64,000 nt of DNA, from contig MU058844.1 of the NCBI GenBank assembly GCA_013265495.1, forward strand, positions 4,393,535-4,457,534, written 5' to 3'. The position numbers and the translations under genes were made by a program. Shown piece by piece: positions 28,871-42,622 of this stretch. How positions within the stretch are numbered: the stretch's first letter is position 1; each line of letters begins with the position of its first letter. Below the pieces are notes generated by a model. That model saw nothing but the letters and a program-made list of their open reading frames with translations, did no database searches and had not been told where the DNA came from. This stretch comes from Vicugna vicugna. Its lineage: Eukaryota.

Positions 28871-30214
28871 CTAGAAAGGGAAAGGGAGGAGTGTTCATAT
28901 TAATGAAAAGCACCTTGAAAATTTAACTATATATAACAGCAACAGTAGTTTAATTAGAAACTAAACTGCCATAACTTTTCAAGTGCACATTTCTGTTTTT
29001 TAGGTATTCTTTGAGTGCCCTCATGTGGTGAATTTGTGTATCTCCCATAAAAATAAATTTATTAGTGATTATAACAATTATTATTATTATTTTATTATTT
29101 TGAAGTAATTATAGACTCAGAGGAAGTTGCAAAAATAGTAATAGAGAGGTCCTTTTTACCCTTTATACAGCTTCCTCCAAAGGTAACATCTTACATAATT
29201 ATAGTACAATATCTAGATCTTAACTGAAAGAAAAAGGCTTTTCTTATGTGTTTTCTTAAAATACAAGTGTCCTTAAAATACAAAAGTATAATAAATTTAA
29301 TACATTATATCTTCATAATAACTGCAAACTAAAGTTTAAAAAGACAATAGTTTTAAAATGTCCTTATGAATACAAAAAATTTAAATGTAAAACTCTGAAA
29401 TTTCCCTTCAAAGTATTCTGAACTCATCATACAATTTAAAACAATCTATCATTTTTGTAGATGTAGCGAAAAATGTTCAGCTAGACACCAAAGGTTCAGG
29501 ATACTGGGAGAGACGTAAAACCCGCCTCTAACACTCCAACACTCCACAAAGTTTACATATACATACTATTGTTTACAACCGAAAGCTTGTAACAAAGCAA
29601 CTGAGTGGAGTCTTCTGTGCTGTTGAGAGTCAATTTTGGAGTTTCAAAATTACCAAGGAAAATGAAGTTATAGTTTGAGTATGTCTTAGTGACAGACATA
29701 TCGGCAATAGCAGAGACAGCTCACAATTTTGAAACACATGGCAACAGACAATATGAAATTACTGAGCATTATCTTTTGCTAGGATGTCTGTTCACATTTG
29801 CATATATTTTGATTTATTTTTATCCTTATATAAGTTTGCCTTGTTATTTTGTTTTTTTGAAACATGAACAGTATCAAGTTGACAAATATTTTAAAACTAT
29901 GTATTTCTCAAAATTTATTAGCAAAGAAAATAATTGCATTCATTTATATTTTATATTGCTAATGTTGAATGATTATATCTTATGTTCTTGAATAAATGTT
30001 TATGTTTCAAAATTTGTTTCAAATTTAAAAATTTTATGCAGTAGGACATTAAGACTGCACTAGGAAGTTAAGACATTGTACTAACTTAGGAGTCTTCAAA
30101 TACTTGGATTAAAGTTATGGTTAATACTTTTTTCCTAAAAATATATAACCATTATAGTCACTGTGTAGGCTTTATAAACAAAATAATGCAAAACGTATCT
30201 ATAGTTTTACTTAC

Positions 30215-30433
30215 TGCTTCTGTGTGTATTGGGTGCACTGCAAAAAGTAAAGAGGCAATCACACTACTCCGGCTGTCCAGAAAATGTTTGCAGACTTTAA
30301 GAAATATCACACTAACCACAGCATGAAAAATCATATTTAGAAGATGATATGACATTGGTTTTAGTTCACTAAACAGATAATTTAAGCGAAACGTCAATAC
30401 TGTTAAGGGACGATAAGACTTGTGGCTTCTCTC
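30215..30433 (-). CDS. TMTC3: TMTC3 exon 3 (219 nt)
   Basis: [19 protein letters not shown]...[13 protein letters not shown] acceptor, GTAAGT donor. Confidence 0.97.
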
Positions 30434-32014
30434 CTAAAAAGGAGGAAGAAAAAAAAAAGAAAAAAAGGCAATCATTGATTATTAAAGTATCTTGGTCCTC
30501 CAAGGTACATAAACTAATCATTGCTTTAACGACTGAAAGGTTCCACGCTTAGCTGAGAAATAACAATAAAATAATGAAATGCCCCAAGAATAACACAAAC
30601 ATAAAAGATAGCTCTATAATCTGTGTTTTCCTATTTTCTTTGTCCAAAAACAAGGCAATTTTCTCTCTGATATATAGTGGTCGAAGAATTACTAGTAGAG
30701 GAAAAACATTTGATTATTAATTCTTCTTCAATACATATATTAAAAAAAAAAAAGAAACAGGACAATAGTGGCACTAATCAAGTTGTAGCACAGGATTCTC
30801 TCCAGAGGCTGTTCCGAACTTACCAATGTAAGTGTTTATCTAACTGCTGGCTAGATCTTCAAAAGGAAACTATGAACAGAATGCCTACCAGTGCAGTTTA
30901 AACAGTGATGACTCAGAAAGGTACTGTCTAGTTGTTTTATGAAGAAACACCTCCATAATGTATAGATCTGAATACATTAGACCAAAAATCCCTAGGTACT
31001 ACATACAGAGTAATACAAGGGCAAAAACTTTCTCGGAATGTTTACTGTAAGACAAAAATCAAACCAGATTTAAGAATAAAACTCACAAGTCAAACCTATA
31101 TAAAATATTACCCTAGTTATGTTTTGTAATTTTATACAAGGGTATCCACACTCAGTTTCTTTGCTCTCCTATCTCTTACCATATTTTGCTGTAACTCTGA
31201 CATATAGGTATAGACTTAAGCCAATTCATTCCTAAAAGGTGACATTAGGAAGCAAAAGCAACAAACATTTCCCATTTTGAAATTAGGAGTATTTTAACAT
31301 CAGGCTGTAATAACTACATACAACGTGTTACCAACCTAGAATGTTCTTTCTTGCTTGGTTAATTCCTGTACATCCTATAAATTTCAGCTCAGGCATATGA
31401 AAAAATTTTTAAGGCAAGGTATTGCACTGAAATGATCTGTACCAGAAAGTAGCAAAATGTTCTAGAAGCTTTTGAGTGCCTGAAATGTTTCTGGGGCTCC
31501 ACTGGAACATATTTGCCAGTTGAAAGGATAAAGTCAGAAAGTAGCAGGGAATAGGTATTTTTAATTGCAGTACACATAATTGCTTTATTAGATACATACA
31601 TATGCTATACGTAATGACCAACTAAAAGATAGACTAATTATTATACATAACTAATTACTCACATAATTCATTAGTAATCTATTTAACACTCTACTGTGAC
31701 AAACAATCATCAGCTTAGTAAATACCAGGTTTACTCTGTGAATATATAGTAAAACAATTCCACTATGAAAAAAACCAATTCAGATCATTATTAAGTTCAG
31801 GTATTTAAAAAAAAACTCTTAATTATTCATGGTATTAGCTGGCAACAGAAACATAAGCATGAATGTAATGAATGAATAAGCCAACAGTTCCCTATTAATG
31901 TGAAGCTCTCCATAAAGGTATGGAGAAAACACAGCAAGAAAGGATATCTGCAGAAGTTATCTTAACACAAGTACTTCATGAACCAAATGCCGGAAGAGTG
32001 CGGCTCATTACAGC

Positions 32015-32279
32015 CCAGTGATTCTCAATCATGGCTGTACCAAAGAATCATCTGAATAATTTAAAAACAAATTAAAAAAAAAAAAAACCTACCCCTCTCC
32101 GAAAAAACCACAACAATAAAAAAGCAAATATATAAACAAAACAAAACATATTGATGCCCACATCTCACTCTTAGATAACTGCAATAACTGTAATTAACAG
32201 GCTTGGGAGGGCTTTGGTGTTAAATTTTTTAAGTGCCCCAAGTGGATTCTAATGTGCAGCCAGGGTTGTAATCCACTGA
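32015..32279 (+). mobile_element. MER5-like hAT MITE with an internal A-rich expansion
   Basis: CCAGTGATTCTCAA...GAATCATCTG...GATTCTAATGTGCAGCCAGGGTTGTAATCCACTG. Confidence 0.6.
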
Positions 32280-32645
32280 ACCATTAATAAACAGAGTACT
32301 ACATATCTAAAGAATGGGCTTATTAAAGAGTTGATCTGAACACTTGGTGGACCAGGGAGTCCAAAGACCTCTAACATAGTAGTATTCATGTAGCTAAGAA
32401 GAATGTCCTAAGCCCAAAATGTGTCTTTGAGGTCTACATTGGCAGAAAAATCCTTAAAAACGTTTGGGCGCCTGCACTATTCAGGCTATCATTACTTGAT
32501 GACATCAAACATTAGATCTTTGAATGTGCTAATTTCAGACTTGTCAAGAAACCTTATGACACCTAAATACTACTCAGAATAATTTTTCCCTACAGGGAGA
32601 GACTATACCCATCAGAAAGTATGAGAAAGTGACACTATTCACTCT

Positions 32646-33629
32646 ATAAACTATTATTTTATTTTATTCTTAATTGAAGTATAGTCAGTTTACAATGTTG
32701 TGAAAAGGGATCCAAACTGGAAGAGAAGAGGTAAAACTGTCATTATATGCAGATGACATGACACTATATATAGAAAACCCTAAAGGCTCCACAGAAAAAT
32801 TACTAGAGCTGATAAAAGAATTTGGCAAGGTAGCAGGATATAAGATCAACATAAAGAAATCAGTAGCATTTCTTTAGACTAACAATGAAATATCAGAAAA
32901 GGAAAGAAATAATCTCTTTTAAAATTCCATCCAAAAAATAAAATACTTAAAAATAAATCTGACCAAGGAAGTGAAAGACTTATACGTAGAGAACTATAGA
33001 ATGCTAAGGAAATTAAAGAGGAGTTTAAGAAATGGGAAGATATCCCATGTTCTTGGATTGGAAGAATTAATATTGTTTAAATGGTCATACTACCCAAAGC
33101 AATCTACAGATTTAATGCAATCCCTATCAAATTACCCAAGACATTTTTCACAGAACTAGAACAAATCATACTAAAATTTATATGGAGTCACAAAAGACCC
33201 AGAATTGCCAAAGCATTACTGAAGAAAAAGAATGAAGCTGGAGGAATAACCCTCCCAGACTTCAGACAATACTACAGAGCTACAGTAATCAAAACAGCAT
33301 GGTTATTAGTACAAAAACAGACATAATGGATCAATGGAACAGCACAGGGAGCCCAGAAATGAACCCACAAACTTTCGGTCAATTAATCTCTGACAAAGGA
33401 GGCAAGAACATACAATGGAATAAAGACAGTCTCTATAGCAAATGATGTTGCAAAAACTCGACAGCTACATGTAAATCAATGAAGTTAGAATACTCCCTCA
33501 CACCATACACAAAAATAAACTCAAAATGGTTTAAAGACTTAAATATAAAACAAAACACAATAAATCTCCTAGAAGAAAACATAGGCAAAACATTATCTGA
33601 CATACACCTCAGCAATAAACCATCATTTT
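32646..33629 (-). mobile_element. Young L1 with ~45-bp 3' end (minus) and ~910-bp inverted ORF2 segment (plus), 15-bp TSD
   Basis: ORF2 RT/C-terminal-like peptides ([35 protein letters not shown]) with frameshifts; TSD ATAAACTATTATTTT / ATAAACCATCATTTT. Confidence 0.9.
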
Positions 33630-34847
33630 CATTTGTTTATCCATTCCATCTGAGTTTACTATAAGCCTTTTTTCTTAATGTGTATACTTAAGGGGGCTCT
33701 GAACAAAATTAAATTTCAATCTGTAAAGCTCAGAAAAATCACAAAGCAGAGCACTGACACTGGTATGACAACTTTAATGATCCCTTAATCCCAACTAACA
33801 TTTCATGTCAAAATCTAATGTCATAATTAAAACATAGGATCATATTTTTCACTTATTATCAAAAGACATTCTTTTAAAGGCTAGAATGGGTGAGAACAGG
33901 AATGTTGCAGGAAAACAAATAATCTGATTATTTAATAAGAAAAAATACTTGTCTTTGATCAGAGGAATGAAAGATTCCATAGTCCGCCTTGAGAAGTTTC
34001 CAAATTTGGAGAAAAGGGCCATAAATGATAACTGACAAACTGTAACTATGAAAGAGTGTTACATGTTATCTCTCTACAACTATGTGCTAGGTACCATAGA
34101 CAGACTAGTTAATTTATCCTCAAGGTATTATTCTTTTATAGATCAGGAAAATGCCCTGCCATCTAAAAGCTGTGTTCCCACCTATTCTACTCAACTTTTG
34201 CATAACACAACAAAAATGAGAATCCAATCTATATGAGCCCAAGCTAATAAGGGTTTACTTCTGAACAGTTTAACACTGACCTTCAAAATAAAGTCACTGG
34301 CAAAGTAAAAACACTTTTATTAAAAACAAACTAAACCTTTGGGTTCTCAAACACTAAGTCAAAATAAGTATTAGGTAAGAGATACACCACAAATTAAAAT
34401 TTTTAATAAGTCATTTTTTCCACAGAAAACTGGCAATATGTGGACTCAGCATTTTTACCCTTAATGTCCAATCTATTTATATTGAAGTTATATACATTTT
34501 TAAATGGTTAAATATACCACAGGTAGTCTTCTTTTTGCCTGATTCATAAGACTGGAAAAAGAGAAATAAAGTCAGGTGTAATAAATAGATTGGTATTACA
34601 TCTACTGCTCTTCTAACACATTTGGTTTTTACACACACACATTATTTTTAAAAAGATTAAGCCGAGGTACACAACCTAGGAAAGAATCAAGCACTACTTA
34701 AAGAGGATAATCACATCTTCATATTCCTACCTAATTTATTACAAACACATTATGTCTCATATAAAACCTTTGAGGGAAAAAAACCCGTAATTGCTATGAT
34801 AACAATGCTGACAAAGAATTAAGAGAAATAAACTGTAAGAATACTTA

Positions 34848-35195
<348 letters not shown>

Positions 35196-35457
35196 CTAAT
35201 TCTCCTAGGGAATTCTTCAAAGCTGAGTTCAAATGTCATCCACCTCTAAGAAGCATTAGCTGACCACCTCCCCACATTCCTAACCTAAGAGAGAATTAAT
35301 TGCTCTTTCCTGTGTGTTTTCATACCTCTATTATAGTCCTTTACCACAGGACTCAATCTTTAAACCTATCTCTCTAGCTAACTAAACTAGATAGTGAACT
35401 CCTTATCAACTGTTACAGGTCAGGTTATCTGGGAAACAAACACATGCAAGATAACTA

Positions 35458-35458
<1 letters not shown>

Positions 35459-35509
<51 letters not shown>
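35459..35509. repeat. (AAC)17 perfect microsatellite
   Basis: Uninterrupted AAC run ~360 bp upstream of the TMTC3 exon 2 acceptor. Confidence 0.97.
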
Positions 35510-35510
<1 letters not shown>

Positions 35511-36119
35511 CTAGTATGATGTGCTCCAGCAGTAGCTAAATGAATCCCTATGGGAAAACAAATACATACTTAAAGACACTGATCATGGATTTTCTGAAAT
35601 GTAGATAAAGCTTATGTTTTAGTACTTTATGAACCTAAAGATCAACTATTACCTAAATCAGGAGTTCGAACTTGTAGCCTGAAGTCTTGTTTAGTCTGAT
35701 TAAAAGCCTTTCGAGAATATCCATCTTGAATGTCTTTATGCTGGCTGTATACTAGCCAGTTAACTACAGTTCCATTATTTTTCACTCAGATTGATTTATT
35801 TGACAGAGTTATGTTATTTACTTGGCTCTTGGAGCATTGCAGTTTATGATTCAGATTTAAATCATGGTTTTTCTTTTTCCCATTGCAACAAAAACTTTTA
35901 ATATAGACAATGGCTTCATACATGACAATTCATAATTAAGTCACTGCTTGAGAAAGGATTCAGTGATGGAATGTTTATAGGGTAGAAAGAACTACATGAA
36001 CTGGGGGATACTGAAGAATAAACTCTACTATAAAAAAACAAGGTTGGAAAGTACTCTAACAAGTTGATACACTTTTCTAGCTTGAGTAGTGTCATTAGTA
36101 TCATTTTAGTGTCATCACA

Positions 36120-36590
36120 TGTGGAGGGCAGAAAAATGACTCCCCCCCACATTGTCCATACACAAGTCATCTGAACCTGTGAATATGTTACCTTACATGG
36201 CAAAAGAGATTTTATAGGTGTAATTAAATTGAGGATTTTGAGATGAGGAAATTATTTTGGATTTTCTGGGTGGGCCAATTCAATGGCAAGAGACCTCACA
36301 AGTGAACAAAGGAGGAGGGGAGTCAAAAAAAAAACAGGGATCAGAGTGATATTATGGCTGGCTGCAGGCCACAAGTCAAGGATTGACAGCAGCCTTCAGA
36401 AGTTGGAAAATGCAAAGACATATTCTTCATTAGATCTTCTCAAGGGACCACAGCCCTACTGACATCTCAATTTCAGTGTGAGACCCATTTGGGAATTCTG
36501 ACCTCCAGAACTGTAAAACAATACATTTGCATTATTTTCAGCTACTACATATGTGATAATTTGTTACAGCAGCAATAGGAAACTAATACA
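36120..36590 (+). mobile_element. MaLR solo LTR (MLT1D-like)
   Basis: TGTGG...ACCTGTGAATATGTTACCTTACATGGCAAAAGAGATTTT...CAGCAATAGGAAACTAATACA. Confidence 0.85.
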
Positions 36591-38322
36591 TAATTTACAG
36601 AGCCAGAAGATCTGGGACCTGAGATATATCTGTCTGCTCAGAACAGAGGAAGAATAGGGTAGAGAGGGTGAGCAGAGATTTTAAATCATATGTAAGATTC
36701 ATGTAAGAATATATATGTAAGAACCTATGGGAAAGTATTAAATTATTTTTAAAATCAGATGGGAAAACTTTAGAATATATTAGCCTTTTTAAGAAAATGG
36801 AAAATCCAATCTAATAAATCAGAGAAGGAAATTAGCTGTATTTTTTGAAGAAGTATAGTTTTTAATTAAAAAAAATTATCTAAGGGTTTATCTTGAATCC
36901 AGAAGCAATTTAGCATCTCCAAATGGTAATATACATATTTATTATTAAAAAAGTTGATGGTGCTTGTTTAAAGATTGAAAAGACTTGGCTCAGCTCCTTT
37001 CAACCACACTCTAAAGTGACAGTCAAGGTACTAAGAAAAAAAAGAAAAGCTATAAATTAACAAGGATGAATACAATTGGAGAGGAGATTACAGCACAGTT
37101 TGGAAGCTGCAAAAGGCAAAAGGATTAGTAAGTGACTCAACAGAGTTTAGGAAAGTGAATCATTAGCTGAAAGGGGAAAAGCTGAAAAGTTTTCTGTACC
37201 CTTGAAGAAATTTCAAAAAACTCATGCCAAGTATCTAAGGAAAAAGAGCTAAGAACAGATGGATGTGTTAAAGTTTAGACCCATCTCTCACAAAGCCAAG
37301 TACCCTCCCTCCTACAGCTAGGTAGAACACTGGAGACTTTCCCTCTGGAGTAGGTGAAACACAGAATGTCTGATACAGGAGACACTAGTAAGAATAAAGG
37401 TAGCATACTGAAAATGAGGGTTAAGCTAAAAGTCTGTCTACGTATTTTGAGATCCTCCAGTTATCTTCTACTAGTTGAGCATAATCCTGTAAAACTTTAC
37501 AACAATGGAAACAAATAGAGGATTCTAAAAGCTCCCAGAAAGATATATAGCAGGTTCCATATGAAAGATTAGGAATCCAAACAAATCACTTTTTACCAAC
37601 AAAACTGGAAGCTAGGGGAAAAAAAAATTCAGAAAACAAAAAAGGAATAATCAAATCTCTGAAGGATACTGATTTCCAACTTACAATTCTGTATTAATGA
37701 ACACAAATTTCCAAAGTTGGAAAGTAGAATAAAATATTTTAAACGTTCAAAAACATACTTCCAATGTCTCTCTTCTCAGGAAACTAATAGAAGAGCTACT
37801 CCAACAACATGAGGGAGTATACTAAGAAACAGAGACACAGGAAAATCAGGAGACAGAGGATCCAACACAAGACAGTGACAAAGGAAATACCCAGAATGAC
37901 AGTCATGCATGCAGGTCTACTACTCAGGAAACAATGGAACAGCTCAGCAGTTTCCTTAATGACAGTCCCAAGAAGATGTAACTGACAGAACATCTGAGGT
38001 GTTTAAACACAGAGTGAAGAACTGTTTCACTTTTAAATTTTGAGTGTGTAATTGTAATTCAAGAACATCCACCATTGGGTGGATGAAAATCAAGTCTGAT
38101 GTATGGGTCAAAAAACTCTCAGGTCCCTGACCAGGTAACATTTGGGGTGACAAACTGCTGTTTAGTTAAATGTTCTTATAAAAAGAAGGTTTAAAATTAA
38201 GAGGAAAAACAAGGAAATTAAACCTATAGTTTTAAGACTCTCGAATTATATTTGGGAATAACATGTATTTGATTTTTAAAGTACTTATAATGTTTTACAG
38301 TATTTGACACGTCACTACAGAT

Positions 38323-38765
38323 TGTCGACTGTAGAAAAAAAAAATCCTTAGCACTGAGAGTTATGTTTTATTTGGAGGACATTCTGAGGACTTAAGCCAG
38401 AGAGGAAGCCTCTCAGATGACTCTGTGGGACTGTTCTGACGAGGTAAGTGAGAAGCCAGGAATATACAGAAGTTTTTGCAACAAAAACCACGGAGAAGGA
38501 ACATCAAAAGAATACTTTTAATTAAAGAAAAATCAAATATTTCAAGATAATGAATTCAACACTTTGCTGTGTAAGATGTTAAAGAGTCTGGGTTCACTGA
38601 AATCATTTCTTTGATATGCATCTTAACGATCTAGAGTAAGTATCTTGTTTTTCTCTGTCCCGAATCCCCTCAGGGTACACAGCTGGGGGTGGATGCAGAG
38701 GCTGATGGCTTGATGGCCACAATGCCCTTTTTTACTGATATGGCAGGTGATGTTCTCGGTCCACA
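38323..38765 (-). mobile_element. ERV1 (MER41-like) 3' LTR
   Basis: TG...CA termini; minus-strand AATAAA at ~38370; polypurine tract AAGAGGAGGCAA immediately 5' of the LTR on the minus strand. Confidence 0.7.
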
Positions 38766-40140
38766 TTGCCTCCTCTTGATCATAAATTCTACTAACATTT
38801 GGGAGGCATTTCATGACCAATTTTGTCCCACAGACTAGGAAGGCTCATTCCTAGATCAGGTGAAGACTCTGTTGACAGGCCACTAGATGAATGGATTTTT
38901 TTTGGATTAGGCCCTATTGATAATCTAAAACTCTCCAGATTGCTTGTCTTATCAGTTTATCATGATCCAGGAAATGGTTTCCCTTGTTGCTTCTTCTCAT
39001 ATTTAGGGTTGCACTATTACAATTATTCTATGTAGAGTTATATATACAATCAATTGCCTCAAGCATTGATTTTAGCCAGCATTAATTTTGTCAGAGGCCT
39101 GGTTATACATTGCATAATGCAAGAGGCAATCTTATAAAATAAACAGGATAAATAATATAGTTAGTAACATTAGTAAGTTCATAGTACAGCAGAGAGGGAC
39201 ACACAGCATTAACAATTTGAAAACTAAGAGAACAAACAGTGATTAGTATAACTAGTTGTAATCTGGTCACAATAAGCCATCAAGTCCACAGGAGAGCCAG
39301 CTGGAGAAACCAAATTCTGGAATGATCATGTAGAGAGAAAAAGATAAATGTCTTATCTTTGTTTAGAAAGTTATACTTTATCACTTTGCTGTAGGTCATG
39401 GTGTACATTTACATTTCTGATTTGACAGGTGCCTTTAATTCTCCAAAGGACTGATGTGATGCCTAAATGATATTAAAAGATTGATTTGCCCAAGTATATT
39501 TTCTTTAATTTGCCTTTTAACAAAATGGCACTGAGTGGCTACTTTTCCTAACACTCTAACAATCATGGAAAGAACAAACATTTAGGAGAATTTTAAATGA
39601 AATCTGGGAATATTTAGCTTGGAAATCAAGGTCTTCTCAGCTCAATAATTTCATGATTATATCTTCTTCAATAAGTAAAACTTTGGCCTGCATGGTTTGC
39701 AAAGTCTGCATTCACACAGACTCCAATCTTTCCAGTCTCTTCATGTTCAGCAAAGACAAGTGTTTGCTTGCTGCACACTGATTACTCTCCATGAGAACAA
39801 GGTAAAACAAAACATTTACTGTACACAGTGGATACTAAATTTCTTACCACTATGCTTTATGTTAGAAGCTGGAAAAGTAAGCTACCATTCATTTTCTTGA
39901 TAAGGGAGCAAAAAAGGAAAAGAAAGAACATACAGAATACAGGTTCACTGGTACAGAGAACAGAGGTAGCATTATAAAAAGCAAGTCTTTCTTGTGAAGT
40001 GATTTTAGTCAGATAAAATTATTCATAAAACCACAGAAATGAAAGGAGGTAGATCCAGGCAAGTGTTTCTGTAGTAAAGTCATTTATAAAGTTGTCAGAT
40101 AAATCCCTTCTCTTGGTGAAAACTGACTGATTTAGAAAAT
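38766..40140 (-). mobile_element. Degenerate ERV internal sequence adjoining the LTR (far boundary uncertain)
   Basis: Begins with the PPT; no intact ORF; no second LTR seen. Confidence 0.45.
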
Positions 40141-41069
40141 CTGATGAAAAATAATGGTGAGTTTTAGTGATTTTCCTCAAAATACATACAGTGAGCAACT
40201 GAACTAGAACTCAAGTTAAATTTCTTGATTCACAGTTAGGCAGAGACATACTACAGTGCTTTAGGACCTACACCTTAGTTAACTAGTTTCCTGCTGTATC
40301 CCCAACGTATCAGCTCAAAAATATTGTCGGAATGAGTAAAGTAATAAAATTTAAATATGACTTTGTATTTAGTCTGGGCTGTAATTGAGGTCTGGATTAC
40401 AACTTTAGCTTCATTAATTATTAGGAAATTACTCAGCCTCTGTGAACCTGTTTTCACTTCTGGAAAATGAGAATAAAGCTTACCATTTGGCCAGATAGCT
40501 TGAGTTAGCAGAGAATTAAATGTAAATAATGTGAGGGAAGTAAGGGTAGAGAAGACCAATACAGACAAAACAAAACAAATAAATAAATAGAAAATAACAG
40601 CGATAATGAATGACAGAACAAGAAAAATAAGGTGCTGTAGTAAAAATAACAGATTACTATGAAAAAAAAAGGCAGTATTAAGCACAGTGCATGACATAAT
40701 ATGTGCTCCAGAAACGTTAAGCTTTCATCTCTACTTTTCCCTGCTAAATAATGACTTAGAAACACTGAACATGAAAAACATTTAATTCAAATTCTTGAGT
40801 AAACATAACTAGAATATGGTAATATTTAATATAGATGGCAAAACTGAAGAACAAGCACTCTACAAGTATTGGTTCCCCGCTTGCCTGAGAAGGCAGTGTA
40901 GCAGTTATGAACATGTCCCTTAGCCAGAAAGGTCTGTGTTCAATCATACTACTTAAGTTTGAGCAGAGTACTTAACCTCTCCAAGTCTCAGTTTTTTAGC
41001 TTAATTGGGAAGTGAGGACAATATAAGCAGTTATTTCACTGAATTGTTAAGATTAAATGAAATAATGAA

Positions 41070-41520
41070 AAAGCTATAGTAATCAAAACAGTATGCAACT
41101 GGCATAAAAACAATCAGATCAATAGAACAGAACAGGGAGCACCGAAATAAAGGAACCAAGAATATACAATGGGGAAAGAATGGTCTCTAATAAATGGTGT
41201 TGGGAAAAATTGGAGAGCCACATGCAAAAGAATGAAACTGGACCCCTATCTTACACTGCCCACAAAAACCAACTCAAAATGGATTATAGACTTGAATATA
41301 AGACTAAAACCATAAACCTCCTAGTAGAAAACATAGGGGGTAAACTCCTTGACACTGGTCTTGGCAAAATGGTGAGAGAAAAATACTATGTGATCTTATA
41401 AATAAACATAGATGTAGAATCTATAAAAAACGAATTCATTGAAGCAAGGAACACATCCGTCAAGGTACAAACTTAGAAAGATAAATAATTTCTGGGGATG
41501 TAATATACAGCATAGTTTAA
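41070..41520 (+). mobile_element. Internally deleted L1 (ORF2 and 3'UTR pieces) inserted in a MIR
   Basis: AAAGCTATAGTAATCAAAACAGT...; the ORF track peptide NKWCWEK...ETGPLSY is frameshifted ORF2; followed by L1MA9-like 3'UTR fragments. Confidence 0.75.
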
Positions 41521-42622
41521 AAAAGGTTAATGAACAGTATTTGGCATATCATCTTTTAGTAAAGGATTAGACAAAATGATCATTCCTACAAATCTGATGA
41601 ATGTCTTTAAATGCATCTCACAAAATCAGTATATCGGTTTTATTTTCCACTTTGCAGTCTGGGAAGAATTCTATTATTTGCTTTCAAAAGGAAACTTTAG
41701 TGTCAATTATAGCGGGGAAAAGTGCTTAAAAAAAAAAGATAAAAGAAGAGAGGAACTGGTCCAAACAGTTGAAAATGTCATTTAGATCTCAAGTCTACAG
41801 CTTAACAGAGTTATGTAGTGGTGTATCTTGCTCCAGAATGGTTGAAAGCAGCTGGATGTGCAAAACTTTAACAAACAGAACTATAAACACCTGAGAAAGC
41901 GTTTTCACAGAAGGGCACCCTCGGTCACCAAGCAAATGACAGCAAAAGGACTGGTGACTATTGGGACCCCTTCTCTCGCCACCTCCAGCAGTGGCCTGGA
42001 CTAGTTCTACCCTCTGCTGTCGAGAGCCTCCCCAGCTAAATGTACTAGCTCCTCAACCTTCACGTTCTGTAATCGAGAAGGTAGTGGTGCTACAGGTAAG
42101 GCAGCCGGGGTCGGAGGATGCAGTGTCCTCTTCTCAATTCTCCACTAGCCTCCAAACCACGATAGCTGCTCCCACACCACTGTAGAGAGACAGACTTTGA
42201 TACAGAAGAAGGCTAAAACTTTTTCTTCTTCTTACAGAGGGCACCCCTCCACCCCACCCCAGGGCGTCTTAGCCAATGCCCAAGGAGAGCGCGGGGTCTA
42301 CCCACCTCTTCAGACTCCGGCCCGGCCCTTCCGCCCCAACGGTAAGGAGCGTCTCCACGGCGGGACCGCTCCCCTCAACTGCTCCCCCGCCGCTGACCCA
42401 CAGCCCGACCTCACCTGGGAGCAGTTCCTCCAGGGGATGGCTTAGAGAAATCTTGGGAAGAGCGGTCTAGCAAACGACGCCACCGAAGGCACAGTCATGG
42501 TCCACCTCATTCAGGTCGCCAGCGCACACACGCCTCAGCTGCTGCGCCTCCCGCCTCCGGGAGGTTCCCAGCCGCCCCGGTACGGTCCCAGCCTCCCGCA
42601 CTGCACGCCGGGAGCGGCCTAC

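Noticed and set aside
29015..29028. CTCF-like motif GTGCCCTCATGTGG
   Set aside because: Partial match only; cannot be supported without PWM scoring or ChIP data.
32971..33664. Three overlapping ORFs with reverse-transcriptase-family sequence
   Set aside because: Frameshifted L1 ORF2 fragments of the inverted insertion, not a gene.
38593..38601. GAS-like TTCACTGAA in the ERV LTR
   Set aside because: Fits only the loose TTCN3GAA pattern, not the high-affinity STAT1 core; expected by chance.
40275..40765. 140-aa hydrophobic minus-strand ORF resembling a membrane protein
   Set aside because: Arises from T-rich low-complexity sequence plus a MIR; no splice or homology support.
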